A stretch of 64,000 bases of DNA, from assembly GCA_020849425.1 (NCBI GenBank), contig JADLGH010000094.1:5854-69853 (forward strand), written 5' to 3'. Positions 1 to 10,644 of the stretch are shown one piece after another. Under the pieces are notes generated by a model, which saw nothing but the letters and a program-made list of their open reading frames with translations, had not been told where the DNA came from and searched no databases. Each line of letters begins with the position of its first letter. Within the stretch, counting starts at the first letter, position 1. The DNA comes from Candidatus Dadabacteria bacterium (GTDB lineage Bacteria > Desulfobacterota_D > UBA1144 > Nemesobacterales > UBA2774). Position numbers and translations under genes: made by a program.

Positions 1-2
1 GA

Positions 3-1829
3 CTCGTCCACACCGCACCCGGCCACGGCGTCGAGGACTACCAGACAGGGCTCAGGGAAGGGCTCGACATATATTGCCCCGTCCTCGGCGACGGCACGTT
101 CGACGACACGGTACCCGAATGGCTCCGCGGCATGGACGTATGGAAGGCCAACGGCGTAATCACCGGGCGGCTCGGGGAATCGGGGCATTTATTCCACGAA
201 GAGGAATACCCGCACAGCTATCCCCACGACTGGCGGAGCAAATCGCCGACGATATTTCGCGCGACGGAGCAGTGGTTCGTCGCGGTCGACAAGAAGGTGG
301 ACGAGTTCGGGGGCTCGCTCAGGGACCTTGCCCTCGAATACTGCGAGTCGGGTATAGACTTCTACCCCGAGTGGGGGCGTAACAGGCTCCGGGGGATGCT
401 CGAATCCAGGCCCGACTGGTGCATAAGCCGCCAGCGCGCGTGGGGGCTCCCGATACCGGCGTTCGTGAACGATAAAGGCGAGTGCCTTCTCACCCCCGCG
501 TCCGTGAAGGTCATCATAGAAAAGATAAGACAGAAGGGCTCGAACGTCTGGTTCCAGGGGACGGACGAGGAGATACTCGAAGGATACGACCCGCTCTCGG
601 ACCCCGATGCCCCCGAATGGGCCGGGGAAGAGGGCGCGCTCGGAAAGCTCACGCGGGGCATGGACATATTCGACGTCTGGTTCGAATCCGGCTCTTCGTG
701 GCACTCGGTCCTGGAGCAGAGGGGCATAGGCTTCCCGGCCGACCTCTACCTCGAAGGGTCCGACCAGCACAGGGGCTGGTTCCAGCTCTCTTTACTTCCC
801 GCGCTCGGCGCGCGCGGAAGGCCGCCCTTCAAGGCGCTCCTCACGCACGGCTTCATGGTGGACGCCCAGGGAAGGAAGATGAGCAAGTCCGGGGGCAATG
901 CCCTCGAGGTCGAAGAGCTCTTAAAGCAGCACGGGGCCGACATATGCCGGTGGTGGGTGAGCTCGCTCAAGTATACGAACGACATAAAGGTGGACTGGGA
1001 ATTCTTCCGCGTCGCCGGGGACGAGTACAGGAAGGTGAGGAACACGATAAGGTTCCTCCTCGGGAACATAAGCGACTTCGACCCCGGGACAGATTCGGTC
1101 GAGTTCGGCGAAGAGGACAGGCATTCCCTCGACGCGTGGGCCATGGCGGAGCTCGCGAAATTCGTACGCGAGACGGTCGAGGCCTACACCGGGTTCCAGT
1201 ATAAGCTCGCCAACGAAATAATATTCAGGTTCTGCTACGACACGCTGAGCGCCGTCTACCTCGCGGCGACGAAGGACAGGCTCTACTGCGAGAAGCCGGG
1301 CAGCCGGAAGAGGCGGAGGTCCCAGACAGCGATGCACCATATCGCGGACGCCCTCGTCAGGCTCCTCGCCCCGATACTCGTCCACACGGCGGACGAGGCG
1401 TACCTGTCCCTTAAAAGGCTCCCGAATGAATCCGGAGAGAGCGTTCATCTCGCCGGGCTTCCCGAAGCCGTGGACGTTCCGTCGGACCCGGCGTGGCGTG
1501 ACGCCTTAGACCTTAGGGGCAAGGTGCTGAAGGCGCTCGAAGACGCCAAGGAAGCGCAGGGCATATCCAACCCCCTCGACGCGGGCGTCACGGTAACGGT
1601 CGACGAAAAGCTCTACAAGAAATTAAAGCCGTTCGAGCCCGAGCTGCCCGACCTCGCGGGCGTGAGCAGGTTCGAGATACTCGAAGGGAAAGAGGCCGCT
1701 ATAAAGATATCGGACCTTTCGGGCGAGCCGCGCTGCGAGCGCTCGTGGAAGCGCGACGGCACGGTCAAAGAGCGCCCGGGCGGCGGCCTCCTTTCCGACA
1801 GGGACGCCGAGGCGCTCGATATGGACTAA
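3..1829 (+). CDS. ileS: isoleucine--tRNA ligase, C-terminal ~608 aa (5' end lies outside the window)
   Basis: Frame 3 is open from the window edge (LVHTAPGHGVEDYQTG...). The class I KMSKS loop is present (RKMSKSGGN). The overall pattern of the C-terminal half fits IleRS. Confidence 0.9.
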   Translation, partial: LVHTAPGHGVEDYQTGLREGLDIYCPVLGDGTFDDTVPEWLRGMDVWKANGVITGRLGESGHLFHEEEYPHSYPHDWRSKSPTIFRATEQWFVAVDKKVDEFGGSLRDLALEYCESGIDFYPEWGRNRLRGMLESRPDWCISRQRAWGLPIPAFVNDKGECLLTPASVKVIIEKIRQKGSNVWFQGTDEEILEGYDPLSDPDAPEWAGEEGALGKLTRGMDIFDVWFESGSSWHSVLEQRGIGFPADLYLEGSDQHRGWFQLSLLPALGARGRPPFKALLTHGFMVDAQGRKMSKSGGNALEVEELLKQHGADICRWWVSSLKYTNDIKVDWEFFRVAGDEYRKVRNTIRFLLGNISDFDPGTDSVEFGEEDRHSLDAWAMAELAKFVRETVEAYTGFQYKLANEIIFRFCYDTLSAVYLAATKDRLYCEKPGSRKRRRSQTAMHHIADALVRLLAPILVHTADEAYLSLKRLPNESGESVHLAGLPEAVDVPSDPAWRDALDLRGKVLKALEDAKEAQGISNPLDAGVTVTVDEKLYKKLKPFEPELPDLAGVSRFEILEGKEAAIKISDLSGEPRCERSWKRDGTVKERPGGGLLSDRDAEALDMD

Positions 1830-1982
1830 GCGCACGGCCGGACATGCCGGGATTAGCCGGGCATGGAAACCGCGGCCCTGCGGCGCATCCCGGCGAGCAC
1901 AATCCTGCCCCGCCGTATTACGCGGATAACTCCGCACGCCACGGGCCGCCGGATCGGCTGGTTTCGGGCAAACGGGGCTCCT

Positions 1983-2324
1983 TTACCCCGGAGGCCATTC
2001 CATCTGGCGTCCGCCGAGCAGGTGAAGGTGGACGTGGCCCACGGTCTGCCCGCCTTCCTTGTTTGTGTTTATGACGATGCGGTATCCCGAATCCGAAATC
2101 CCCTGTTCCCTGGCGATCTCGGAGGCCTTGACGAGAAGATGCCCCAGAATAAGCTCGTCGTCTTCGGTAACGTCGGCCATGGATTTAATTTCCTTCTTCG
2201 GAACGACCAATATGTGCTGAGGGGCTTTCGGGTCTATGTCCCTGAAGGATATGCAGAGGTCGTCCTCGTAGACTATTACGGCCGGGATCTCCCTCTTTAT
2301 AATCCTGGTAAAAATCGAACTCAT
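1983..2324 (-). CDS. HIT family (histidine triad nucleotide-binding, HinT-like) protein
   Basis: 113 aa with the histidine triad GHVHLHLLGG near the C-terminus and a typical HinT N-terminus (IFTRIIKREIPA). Confidence 0.85.
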   Translation of the reverse strand: MSSIFTRIIKREIPAVIVYEDDLCISFRDIDPKAPQHILVVPKKEIKSMADVTEDDELILGHLLVKASEIAREQGISDSGYRIVINTNKEGGQTVGHVHLHLLGGRQMEWPPG

Positions 2325-2392
2325 CTCATACTCCCTTTAATCGATAATTTCCTGTGCGGGTATCCAAGCATAACACGGCGAAGGGCCGTGGG

Positions 2393-3457
2393 CTAGAATT
2401 TCATTCCGGGCCAGCTTTCCATGGGCCCGGTCGAGCGTACGACGTGCATGCCGGCCGACTCGAATTCGCCGAAGGCCCTCTCGGCTTCGTCGGTATAATC
2501 GATTACGCCCGGAACGACCACGGGCGACGTGCAGTCCTCCAGGAGATAAATCTTCCGGACGAGAGACGCGTCTCCTTCGCGCGCCCTTTCGAGGAGATCG
2601 GCGATGGTCCACGCGACGCAGTGGCTCTTCGCCTGCCCGGCGATCACGACGGCGTCGAAGTCGAGGAGCTTCCTGTAAATCGCCGCCGAGGCCACCGGCT
2701 TCTGAAAGAGCGATTCCCGTCTCTGCCTGAGCGGCTCGCCGCCGGGCCCCGTCGTAACCTCGGGCGCGAGGACGGAGTAGTGCTCCGTCAACGGGTGGTC
2801 CCCCTTGACGTGTATGTCGGGCTGGCTGCGGCGAGCTATCGAATGGAAGAAGACGGCCTCCTCGACGGAGGACGCGAGCGCGTGCCCGATCCCGCCCAGC
2901 ATGGCGTGATAGGGCCACACCGTCAGCTCGTACTTGCCTGACTTTCTCAGCTCCTTTACGTAATGGAGTATATGCCTCTCGATGTAATCGTCGGGGTATG
3001 CGAGGTTACGGCCCAGCATCCTGTTGAACTTCCATTTCCCGCCCTCGATGTCCTCGACGGAAATGCTGGTGTAAGGCGCGGGATGCCCGCCTTCGTCGTT
3101 TACGAAAAATATGCTGTGGAATATATGCATGGCCTGGTGGGTGTCCATCGTCGGCGCGATTTCGGTTATGGTCCCGAGGTTCCTGTATATGAACTCGCAG
3201 AGCCTCCGGTTGTCGTCCACCGCCCCCGTGCCCGAGCGCCCTCCTACGAAGAGCTCGAACCCCGGGATGCAGAATGTATTTTGTGCGTCCACTATGACGA
3301 GCGCGGCGCGGCGCTCGTCCCCCGAAGCCGGGCCGAGCCCGTGCACGCCGGCCCATTCCCCGGCCTGCTTCGCTATCTCCTCGTACTCGACGCGCCATAC
3401 CTCGCCCGCCCTTTCGGGCCTGAAGTGAGAGGGCAGCGGCAACTCTCGTTTGTGCAT
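2393..3457 (-). CDS. cysteine hydrolase (isochorismatase/nicotinamidase-like) family protein
   Basis: 354 aa. [11 protein letters not shown] and AKSHCVAWT (catalytic Cys context) are typical of the isochorismatase-like fold. Confidence 0.65.
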   Translation of the reverse strand: MHKRELPLPSHFRPERAGEVWRVEYEEIAKQAGEWAGVHGLGPASGDERRAALVIVDAQNTFCIPGFELFVGGRSGTGAVDDNRRLCEFIYRNLGTITEIAPTMDTHQAMHIFHSIFFVNDEGGHPAPYTSISVEDIEGGKWKFNRMLGRNLAYPDDYIERHILHYVKELRKSGKYELTVWPYHAMLGGIGHALASSVEEAVFFHSIARRSQPDIHVKGDHPLTEHYSVLAPEVTTGPGGEPLRQRRESLFQKPVASAAIYRKLLDFDAVVIAGQAKSHCVAWTIADLLERAREGDASLVRKIYLLEDCTSPVVVPGVIDYTDEAERAFGEFESAGMHVVRSTGPMESWPGMKF

Positions 3458-3601
3458 GCAAGGCTCCGTTTCCGTTAATCCGGTCTCCCCGCTTCCCCGA
3501 CTATAAATCTAACAGACGCGGCCGTGTTCGCCCAATCCCCGGTTTGAAAAAGTTTCGACGATAGACGATAATGAAATAGTCCGCGACCGGCGGGCGCCAG
3601 C

Positions 3602-4357
3602 GTGATGAGAGCTAATCTTTTTATTACCTGCCTCGTGGATACGTTTTTCCCGCAGGTAGGGGAGAGCATGGTCGGGGTCCTCGAAAGGCTCGGCGTAGAC
3701 GTACGTTTCCCCGTGGAGCAGACGTGCTGCGGCCAGCCCGCCTTCAACAGCGGCTACAGGGCGGATGCGCGGTCGGTGGCCGAGAGATTCGTTTCTGTCT
3801 TCGGCGAGGCCCTGTCACAGGGCGAAGGCGAGGAATCCTACGTCGTCTGCCCCTCGGGATCGTGCACGGCCATGGTTAAAGTATTTTATAAGGAACTATT
3901 CCACAACGAGCCTCGAATACTCGAAAAACTCCGCCGGATTACGGACAGGACGTATGAATTTTCCGAGTTCCTGGTAGAGGTCGTCGGAAAGACCGACGTC
4001 GGGGCCAGGTACGACGGCGTCGTCACGTATCACGACTCGTGTCATCTCCTCCGTGAGCTCGGGGTAAAGGACGCGCCGAGGGAGCTCATATCGTCCGTGA
4101 AGGGGCTCGAGTTCCGGGAGATGCCGCTTCACGATTCGTGCTGCGGCTTCGGCGGGACGTTCTCGATAAAATTCCCCAAGGTGTCGGTGTCGATGCTCGA
4201 CGAGAAGCTGGACTCCATAACGGGGACGGGGGCGGACACGGTCGTATCGTCCGACATGGGGTGCCTCATGAACATAGGCGGGGCTATAAGCAGGCGCGGT
4301 ATCCCGGTGAAGGTGATGCACCTCGCCGAGCTACTGGCAAACACAGGGAAAGGGTAG
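3602..4357 (+). CDS. lutA: lactate utilisation protein A (CCG-domain Fe-S oxidoreductase)
   Basis: Two CCG motifs (EQTCCGQPAFNSGY, HDSCCGFGGTF). First gene of a lutABC-like triplet. Either GTG 3602 or ATG 3605 could be the start. Confidence 0.85.
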   Translation: MMRANLFITCLVDTFFPQVGESMVGVLERLGVDVRFPVEQTCCGQPAFNSGYRADARSVAERFVSVFGEALSQGEGEESYVVCPSGSCTAMVKVFYKELFHNEPRILEKLRRITDRTYEFSEFLVEVVGKTDVGARYDGVVTYHDSCHLLRELGVKDAPRELISSVKGLEFREMPLHDSCCGFGGTFSIKFPKVSVSMLDEKLDSITGTGADTVVSSDMGCLMNIGGAISRRGIPVKVMHLAELLANTGKG

Positions 4358-4381
4358 GGACCTAAAATAAGCCACGATAGA

Positions 4382-5803
4382 GTGAATTTCGAAAGGGACT
4401 CGGCGCGGGCCGTCGGGGACAAGAAGCTCCAAAGCGCGCTCATAAACGTCACCGACCGCTTCAGGGCGGCGAGGAAGCGCGCCAGCGACGAGACGCCCGG
4501 ATGGGACGACCTCAGGGGCCGCGCGCGGGAGATAAAAAAGCACACGATAGCCCATCTCGACGAATATCTCCTCGAGCTCGAAAGGAACGTCCGGAAGGCC
4601 GGCGGGCGCGTCCACTGGGCTAGGGACGCCGAAGAAGCCCGGAATATCATAATCGACATCGCGCGCCGGAACGGCGTAAAATCCGTCGTCAAGAGCAAGT
4701 CCATGGCTACGGAGGAGATAGGGCTCAACGACGGCCTCGAAGCCGCCGGCATAAGGGCGGTCGAGACGGACCTCGGCGAGTACATCATACAGCTCGCGGG
4801 CGAGCATCCGTCGCACATAATCGCCCCCGCGATACACAAGACGCGGCACGACATATCGGAGCTCTTCGCCGAGAAGCTCGGCGTGCCGTACATGAGCGAG
4901 CCCCAGGAGCTGACGAAAGTAGCGCGGGAGAGGCTTCGGGGCGAATTCCTCGGTGCGGGCATGGGCGTCTCGGGCGCCAATTTCGGCGTCGCCGAGACGG
5001 GCACCATAGTCATCGTCGAGAACGAGGGCAACGCGCGCCTCACGACGACAGTGCCCCCGATCCACGTCGCCCTCATGGGCATCGAGAAGCTCCTCCCCCG
5101 GTTCGGCGACCTCTCGCTCTTCCTCCCGCTCCTCGTGAGGAGCGCGACGGGGCAGAAGACGTCCACGTACATATCGCTCATCACCGGGCCCCGGCGGGAC
5201 GCCGACAAGGACGGCCCTCGGGAGTTTCACCTCGTCCTTCTCGACAACGGGAGGTCCGGAATCCTGGCGGACCGCGAGACTAGGGAATCCCTTTACTGCA
5301 TAAGGTGCGGGGCGTGCCTCAACAACTGCCCGGTTTACAGGAAGGTCGGGGGGCATTCTTACGGATGGGTATATTCCGGTCCCATAGGCACGATAATAAA
5401 CCCCCAGCTCATGGGTATAGACAGGGCCCCCGAGCTCCCCTTCGCGTCGTCCCTCTGCGGTGCGTGCAGGGACGTCTGCCCCGTCAAGATCGATTTCCCG
5501 AAGGTTCTTCTCGAGCTCAGGAGCAAGGTCGTCACGCGTAAGGAAAAGACCGGGCAGGCTGCCGCAATCATGGAGGCGCTGTCGTTCAGGTTCTGGCGCG
5601 CGGTCGTCACCCACAGGAGAATATACGAGCTCGCGCTCCGGCTTTCCCGGCACGCGCAGCGTCCGTGGAAGAGGGGAGGGGTGCTCCGGTCGCTCCCGTA
5701 TCCATTTTCGAGGTGGACGGACGAGAGGGATTTCCCTGCCGTGAGCGAAACGCCGTTCAGGGAAAGGTGGAGGAAAATAGACCGAAAAGGGGGTCCGCGG
5801 TGA
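4382..5803 (+). CDS. lutB: lactate utilisation protein B (4Fe-4S, LUD domain)
   Basis: 473 aa with two ferredoxin-type cysteine clusters (CIRCGACLNNCPVY, CGACRDVCPV). Sits between the lutA and lutC homologues. Confidence 0.85.
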   Translation: MNFERDSARAVGDKKLQSALINVTDRFRAARKRASDETPGWDDLRGRAREIKKHTIAHLDEYLLELERNVRKAGGRVHWARDAEEARNIIIDIARRNGVKSVVKSKSMATEEIGLNDGLEAAGIRAVETDLGEYIIQLAGEHPSHIIAPAIHKTRHDISELFAEKLGVPYMSEPQELTKVARERLRGEFLGAGMGVSGANFGVAETGTIVIVENEGNARLTTTVPPIHVALMGIEKLLPRFGDLSLFLPLLVRSATGQKTSTYISLITGPRRDADKDGPREFHLVLLDNGRSGILADRETRESLYCIRCGACLNNCPVYRKVGGHSYGWVYSGPIGTIINPQLMGIDRAPELPFASSLCGACRDVCPVKIDFPKVLLELRSKVVTRKEKTGQAAAIMEALSFRFWRAVVTHRRIYELALRLSRHAQRPWKRGGVLRSLPYPFSRWTDERDFPAVSETPFRERWRKIDRKGGPR

Positions 5804-6474
5804 CGGCCGATTCGCGCGAGGAGATACTCCACAGGATAAGAAAGGGCCTCGGGAAAGGGGAGGGCGGCGAGGGTAAAGATCCGTATCCCCCGGAACCCGG
5901 GAGCTCATCCGCCGGAGCCGAGCCGTACGGAGACGGCCTGGCCCGCGTTTTCGAGGAATCTCTCTCCGGGATCGACACCTCCGTCTATAGAGCGGGCAGG
6001 GATGGTGTTCTCGAATTCGTAACAGGCTTTATCAAAGAAAGGGGGGTGAAGTCCTTCTCGATATGGGAGACGGAATACCTCGAGTCGCTCGGCATTGCGG
6101 AGTCCCTCGAAGGCGGCGGGCTCGACATTGCCCCGGCCGAAGACAAGGCCGGAATCGCCGGTACGGGCATCGGGATCACCGAGGCTGACTATGCCATCGC
6201 CGATACCGGATCGCTCGTCCTACTTTCGGCCCCCGGGAAGCCGAGAGGCGTCTCGCTCATACCGCCGGTTCATCTCGCCATAGTCAGGAAAGAAAATATA
6301 CTGAGTGATATGTGGGAATTATTCGGCGTTCTTAATGGAATCTATGAATCTCACGACGCCATACCCGCCTGCACCACGTTCATTACGGGCCCGAGCAGGA
6401 CGGCGGACATAGAGCTCAACCTGACCCTGGGTGTCCACGGCCCGAAGGAGCTCCACGTCCTCATAGTCTCCTGA
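5800..6474 (+). CDS. lutC: lactate utilisation protein C (LUD domain)
   Basis: The ORF-track frame opens at 5665, but GTG 5800 overlaps the lutB stop (GTGA), which suggests translational coupling. The LUD-type core ITEADYAIADTGSLVL is present. Confidence 0.75.
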   Translation: MTADSREEILHRIRKGLGKGEGGEGKDPYPPEPGSSSAGAEPYGDGLARVFEESLSGIDTSVYRAGRDGVLEFVTGFIKERGVKSFSIWETEYLESLGIAESLEGGGLDIAPAEDKAGIAGTGIGITEADYAIADTGSLVLLSAPGKPRGVSLIPPVHLAIVRKENILSDMWELFGVLNGIYESHDAIPACTTFITGPSRTADIELNLTLGVHGPKELHVLIVS

Positions 6475-6496
6475 TTCGAAGCGCCTGAAATATTCC

Positions 6497-7012
6497 CTAG
6501 AATCCGCCCGGAAATTCGACGTAGGGGCCTTCGGGATTCTGATCCGGCGGAAGGTACCTGGGCATAGGCTCGCCGGCAGGCCCCAGAGCCTTCACGAAAT
6601 AGTATATGTCGGTAAGGTCCGATTCCTTCATGTCGCGGAGAATATACCACGGCATGGGCGGAAGCCACTTCGTGTTGTGAGCCATGCCGACCCACTCCTC
6701 TTCGGTTACCGAAGCGATGAGCAGCCTCAGGTTAGAGGCGTATGTCGTGCCCCACGGGCCCCGCCATCCGAGCGGGCTCCCGGTGAGCCATTTCTCGACC
6801 GGCACGTCCCCGCCGGCCTCCGGGTATCCCGCGGTATGGCAGTCGTTGCACCCGGCTATCCTGACCATATATTCACCATTTGCGTACCTGTCCTGCTCTG
6901 TCCTTTCAGCGCTCACTGGCACTTTCTCGTGCGTGCAGGAAACAAAAAAAGCCGCTCCCGTAAGGGCCGCGGCCGCGATCAGCAAACCCGGAAAAATCGA
7001 CCTCGCTTTCAT
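6497..7012 (-). CDS. secreted mono-haem c-type cytochrome
   Basis: N-terminal signal peptide (MKARSIFPGLLIAAAALTGAAFFVSC) and a single CxxCH haem-binding site (CNDCH). Confidence 0.65.
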   Translation of the reverse strand: MKARSIFPGLLIAAAALTGAAFFVSCTHEKVPVSAERTEQDRYANGEYMVRIAGCNDCHTAGYPEAGGDVPVEKWLTGSPLGWRGPWGTTYASNLRLLIASVTEEEWVGMAHNTKWLPPMPWYILRDMKESDLTDIYYFVKALGPAGEPMPRYLPPDQNPEGPYVEFPGGF

Positions 7013-7217
7013 GCACCCTCCCTACCTTCTTTTATGCATTCACGTCCGCCATGCGGCAGCCCGAATCGCCGATCCGAACAGGCCGCCGCACCTCACCTGC
7101 GGAAAACATAACATCGGGGAAATAAGAAATAAAGACGATGCAAAAAAACCTGATCACAGTCCGTGGGAATCGAGTGAAAACGCTGTGAATACGGGTTTGG
7201 AAGACGCCGCCTGATAC

Positions 7218-8789
7218 TCAATTATTCCGGCCGCCACCAGGATACCTGACCTCGTAAATAAAATAGTTTCTCATCTCCCCCGGCATCTCTACCTTCTTCA
7301 CCAGGAAGGAGTTCCTCCGGAATTTCCTGGGCCGGCCGGAGGAAACGATGAGCGTTCCCTCTTCGAGACACTCCGGGTCGTCCATGTCCCGAACGATCTC
7401 CATGTCCGGGCCGCGCGCATAGTAATCGACCAGCTGTAGCTCGTTCCCGAAATGGAGGTTCCCCATGCAGGCGCGCTTATGCCCGTCTTTCAGGCCTTCG
7501 AGCGCGGCGAATATATCCCTGTGCCCGCACTCCCAGGCGCCGCAGGACTGTTTCGGATACTCAAAATAATATTTCTTTGCGAACACCGCCAGCGACGCCA
7601 TAGACGAGACGACTATCAAAACGGCGAGGGCCCGGGAGTATGCGGGCCGCCCGGTCCCCCGGCCGAGCGTCGCGGCGAGTCCCCCCGCCCCGAGGCCGCC
7701 CAGGATGCACAAGAGCGGCGCGCCCGTGAGAGACCTCGTCGCGTGGGGAACGCCGTCGTTCGTCAGCGCCGCCGCCAGCGGGAACACCGCAATCCAGAAG
7801 AGAACGAATGCGGCGCTCTTCCTGTCGAAGCCCGGCCTTAAGAGATACACGAGCCCCGCGAGCACAAGCGGCAGCATTGTCCAGTAAACGGCCCCCGTAT
7901 GCGCTCCGTGCCTGAGGTTAAGATCCCCGTGCGCGAACAGGAAGGAGGGCTTGAAATGGCTTATGTAGTTGTGAAAAAAAATGCCGACGGACCCGGGCGT
8001 CACCCCTTCCGAGAAAGTGAATATCCTGTCCGCCCGGCCGGAGATTAAATGCTCGTTCATGATAGTCAGTATGTGCGGCACGACGAGCGCTCCCGCCACT
8101 ATGGAGCCGCCGAGGAGCACCTTCCATTCGCGGAGAAAGTACCTCCTGTAAATGATCACGAGAGCCGCCAGGAACAAAAATGCATACAGCGGGGCCGCCT
8201 GATACGTGTAGACCGTAATGGAGAACGTCCCGAAAGATAAAACCGTTATCCATTTCTTTCCGCTCCCTATGCCATACACCATCATGTAAACGGCCAGGAG
8301 GAGCGGCGGGAGGAATGCTGCGGGCTCCCACCCGATGCGGGAGTAGTGGATCGACCACGGGATTATAGCCATGAAGAAAGCGGCGAAGAGGGCGGCTCTC
8401 TCGTCCCTGAAGAGCTCGCGCGTAATCAGGTAGACGAGAACGATACAAACGAGGCCGAAGAAGACCGCCGGGGCCCTTATTCCCGGAGCGCCGTCGCCGA
8501 ATATCATGGACGAGACGTAGGCGGAATACCCGTAAACCGGCGGACGCGGCTCGGGCCTGTCGGAAAAGTAGAGCGTCAGGTTCCCGTGGAGGTCGTGCCC
8601 CTTTTCGACGACGCTCCTCGCGGAGACGAAGTTTATAAGCTCGTCCGAAAAGAGCTCGGGCGGGTTTTCGGATATGTCTACAGCCCTCAGAAAAAGCCCG
8701 AGTGCGAGGATAAGCGCGAGTATAACGACCGATGCCCGTGATGCCTTGCGTACCGCCCTATCCAGTGCCGGAACCTCCTCCAAGTCCAT
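7218..8789 (-). CDS. GT39/ArnT-like polytopic membrane glycosyltransferase
   Basis: 523 aa with many predicted TM helices. The N-terminal half resembles the ArnT/PMT (family 39) glycosyltransferase architecture. Called on overall pattern only. Confidence 0.55.
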   Translation of the reverse strand: MDLEEVPALDRAVRKASRASVVILALILALGLFLRAVDISENPPELFSDELINFVSARSVVEKGHDLHGNLTLYFSDRPEPRPPVYGYSAYVSSMIFGDGAPGIRAPAVFFGLVCIVLVYLITRELFRDERAALFAAFFMAIIPWSIHYSRIGWEPAAFLPPLLLAVYMMVYGIGSGKKWITVLSFGTFSITVYTYQAAPLYAFLFLAALVIIYRRYFLREWKVLLGGSIVAGALVVPHILTIMNEHLISGRADRIFTFSEGVTPGSVGIFFHNYISHFKPSFLFAHGDLNLRHGAHTGAVYWTMLPLVLAGLVYLLRPGFDRKSAAFVLFWIAVFPLAAALTNDGVPHATRSLTGAPLLCILGGLGAGGLAATLGRGTGRPAYSRALAVLIVVSSMASLAVFAKKYYFEYPKQSCGAWECGHRDIFAALEGLKDGHKRACMGNLHFGNELQLVDYYARGPDMEIVRDMDDPECLEEGTLIVSSGRPRKFRRNSFLVKKVEMPGEMRNYFIYEVRYPGGGRNN

Positions 8790-8825
8790 CGACGGGTGCG
8801 GGCCTATGAGACTGAAAACCCGCTC

Positions 8826-9749
8826 TTACTCCACGACCGGACTACAGTCGACGTCGTAAACATTCCCATTGATTTCGATTAATCCGACGGGGAGGTGTGC
8901 ACCAATGGTGAGATCTGTAAATGTTCCCTGTACGCTGACCAAACGATTGCCGTCTCTCACTTCTATATCCGAACACTCGATGGATGTGCAGCTTAGCATG
9001 CTGCAGTCCTTACTTTCCAGGGATTTCCATCCAAGATCGAATTGGCAGGTATACGGCTCACAAACATTCTTGAGCGACTCGGCGAGACATCCCGAGCTCG
9101 ACAGGTTGTAGAGCGAATTGCATATCGACTCGACCCGCACGACCTCAACGGGTTTTCCCGTTTTCCCGACGCGCACTATGTGCGACGGATACCCGGGCCC
9201 TGATGCTGGAACGTCGCTGACCGTATCGGCCGTCACGACCACGATAGACGAATCGAATTCCAGGACGGAAACTATTTTTGTCCCGAACCCCGAATAATCC
9301 TGGTAGGAAACGATGACGGTGTTCTCGCTTAAATTCACGGAAGGAAAATTAACGAAGCTGTTGTTTTCGAAATAACAGTTATTTGTGAAACGACTCCAGT
9401 CCTCTCTGGTATTTATGACTATCACGCTCTCGTCCCACCGGCATGCAGGATCGAGATGGGGGAGAAAATAGGAATAGTTTAAGGTTATCAATATCTCCTT
9501 TACGTCCAGCTCGCGCAGGAACCCTGGGGAATTTTCGAGATTCGAGGCGACTTCGTCCGGGGTCTCGCCGCTGACGCGCGACGTATCCACGACGGCGCTC
9601 TCTTCGAAGCAGGGATTCGCGGACTCGGCGGAGAAGCAGATATTAGGCGATTCCTCGATTATAACCTCGCCGTCGCCCCCTCCTCCGCCGCCGTCACAGG
9701 AACCAAAAATAAGCAGGAAAAAAGGCAGAAAAAGTACCCTTCTCATCAC
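8826..9749 (-). CDS. lipoprotein of unknown function, Cys-rich C-terminus
   Basis: Lipobox LIFGSC is followed by a Gly run (DGGGGGGDG). The C-terminal third contains many Cys. The gene is visibly more AT-rich than its neighbours. Confidence 0.6.
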   Translation of the reverse strand: MMRRVLFLPFFLLIFGSCDGGGGGGDGEVIIEESPNICFSAESANPCFEESAVVDTSRVSGETPDEVASNLENSPGFLRELDVKEILITLNYSYFLPHLDPACRWDESVIVINTREDWSRFTNNCYFENNSFVNFPSVNLSENTVIVSYQDYSGFGTKIVSVLEFDSSIVVVTADTVSDVPASGPGYPSHIVRVGKTGKPVEVVRVESICNSLYNLSSSGCLAESLKNVCEPYTCQFDLGWKSLESKDCSMLSCTSIECSDIEVRDGNRLVSVQGTFTDLTIGAHLPVGLIEINGNVYDVDCSPVVE

Positions 9750-9852
9750 AGTCCACCCCCCTGAAGCGTTTATAAATACTTTACCGGCATCTTAAACGGA
9801 TACAAATATAATTAATCAGAGTGGAATTAGATAGAGCGGCAGCGCAGGAAAC

Positions 9853-10575
9853 TTAACCGGCCTTTATCCAGTCCCGCGCGTTAAATTCCTTTCCGTTATC
9901 GCCCACCGATTCGTCCGAGGCGAGGTAAACGAACACGGGAGAAATATCTTCCGGTGTAGGGATGGTTTCAGGGTCTTCGTCGGGATATGCGTCGGCCCGC
10001 ATGTCCGTCCGGGTGCCGCCGGGATTGACCGAGTTAACGCGTATCCCAACTTCGGCAAGCTCGTCGGCGAGTACCTGCGTCAGCCCTTCGAGGCCGAACT
10101 TCGAGGCCGCGTACGCCCCCCATTCGCGCTTTCCCTTCCTGCCGACGCTGGAGCTCACATTTATTATCGAGCCCCCCGGCAAAAGGAGCGGGATCATGGC
10201 TTTCGTAACGTAGAACTGCGCGTTCAGGTTTATCTGCACGACCTCGTCCCAGACGTCTTCCGGATATTCGGCGACGGGCGCTCTCACGCCGAGAATGCTC
10301 GCGTTATTGACGAGGATGTCGAGGGCCCTCCACCTCTCCGCGACGGCGGCGGCCAGATGCCTTACTTCGTCACCGACCGCGATATCCGTGACGACGTAGT
10401 CGATGTCGCCCGCACCCGAAAGCTCGTTACAGGCCGATTTCAGGCTAATCTCGTTACGCCCGCATATGAGTACGGACGCGCCTTCCTTCAAATACGCCCT
10501 GGCTATGCCGCGCCCGATTCCCCTGGCCCCGCCCGTAATTAGCGCCTTTTTACCCCTGAGCTTCATGGTACTCAA
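9853..10575 (-). CDS. SDR family NAD(P)-dependent oxidoreductase
   Basis: Rossmann motif TGGARGIGRGIA and catalytic YAASKFGLEG (YxxxK). Confidence 0.85.
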   Translation of the reverse strand: MSTMKLRGKKALITGGARGIGRGIARAYLKEGASVLICGRNEISLKSACNELSGAGDIDYVVTDIAVGDEVRHLAAAVAERWRALDILVNNASILGVRAPVAEYPEDVWDEVVQINLNAQFYVTKAMIPLLLPGGSIINVSSSVGRKGKREWGAYAASKFGLEGLTQVLADELAEVGIRVNSVNPGGTRTDMRADAYPDEDPETIPTPEDISPVFVYLASDESVGDNGKEFNARDWIKAG

Positions 10576-10644
10576 TTCTACCTGTTATGCCACCGCGGTC
10601 GAATCATTTCTTTATACCGCGAGACGAAGGCCCGCAAGGGGACC

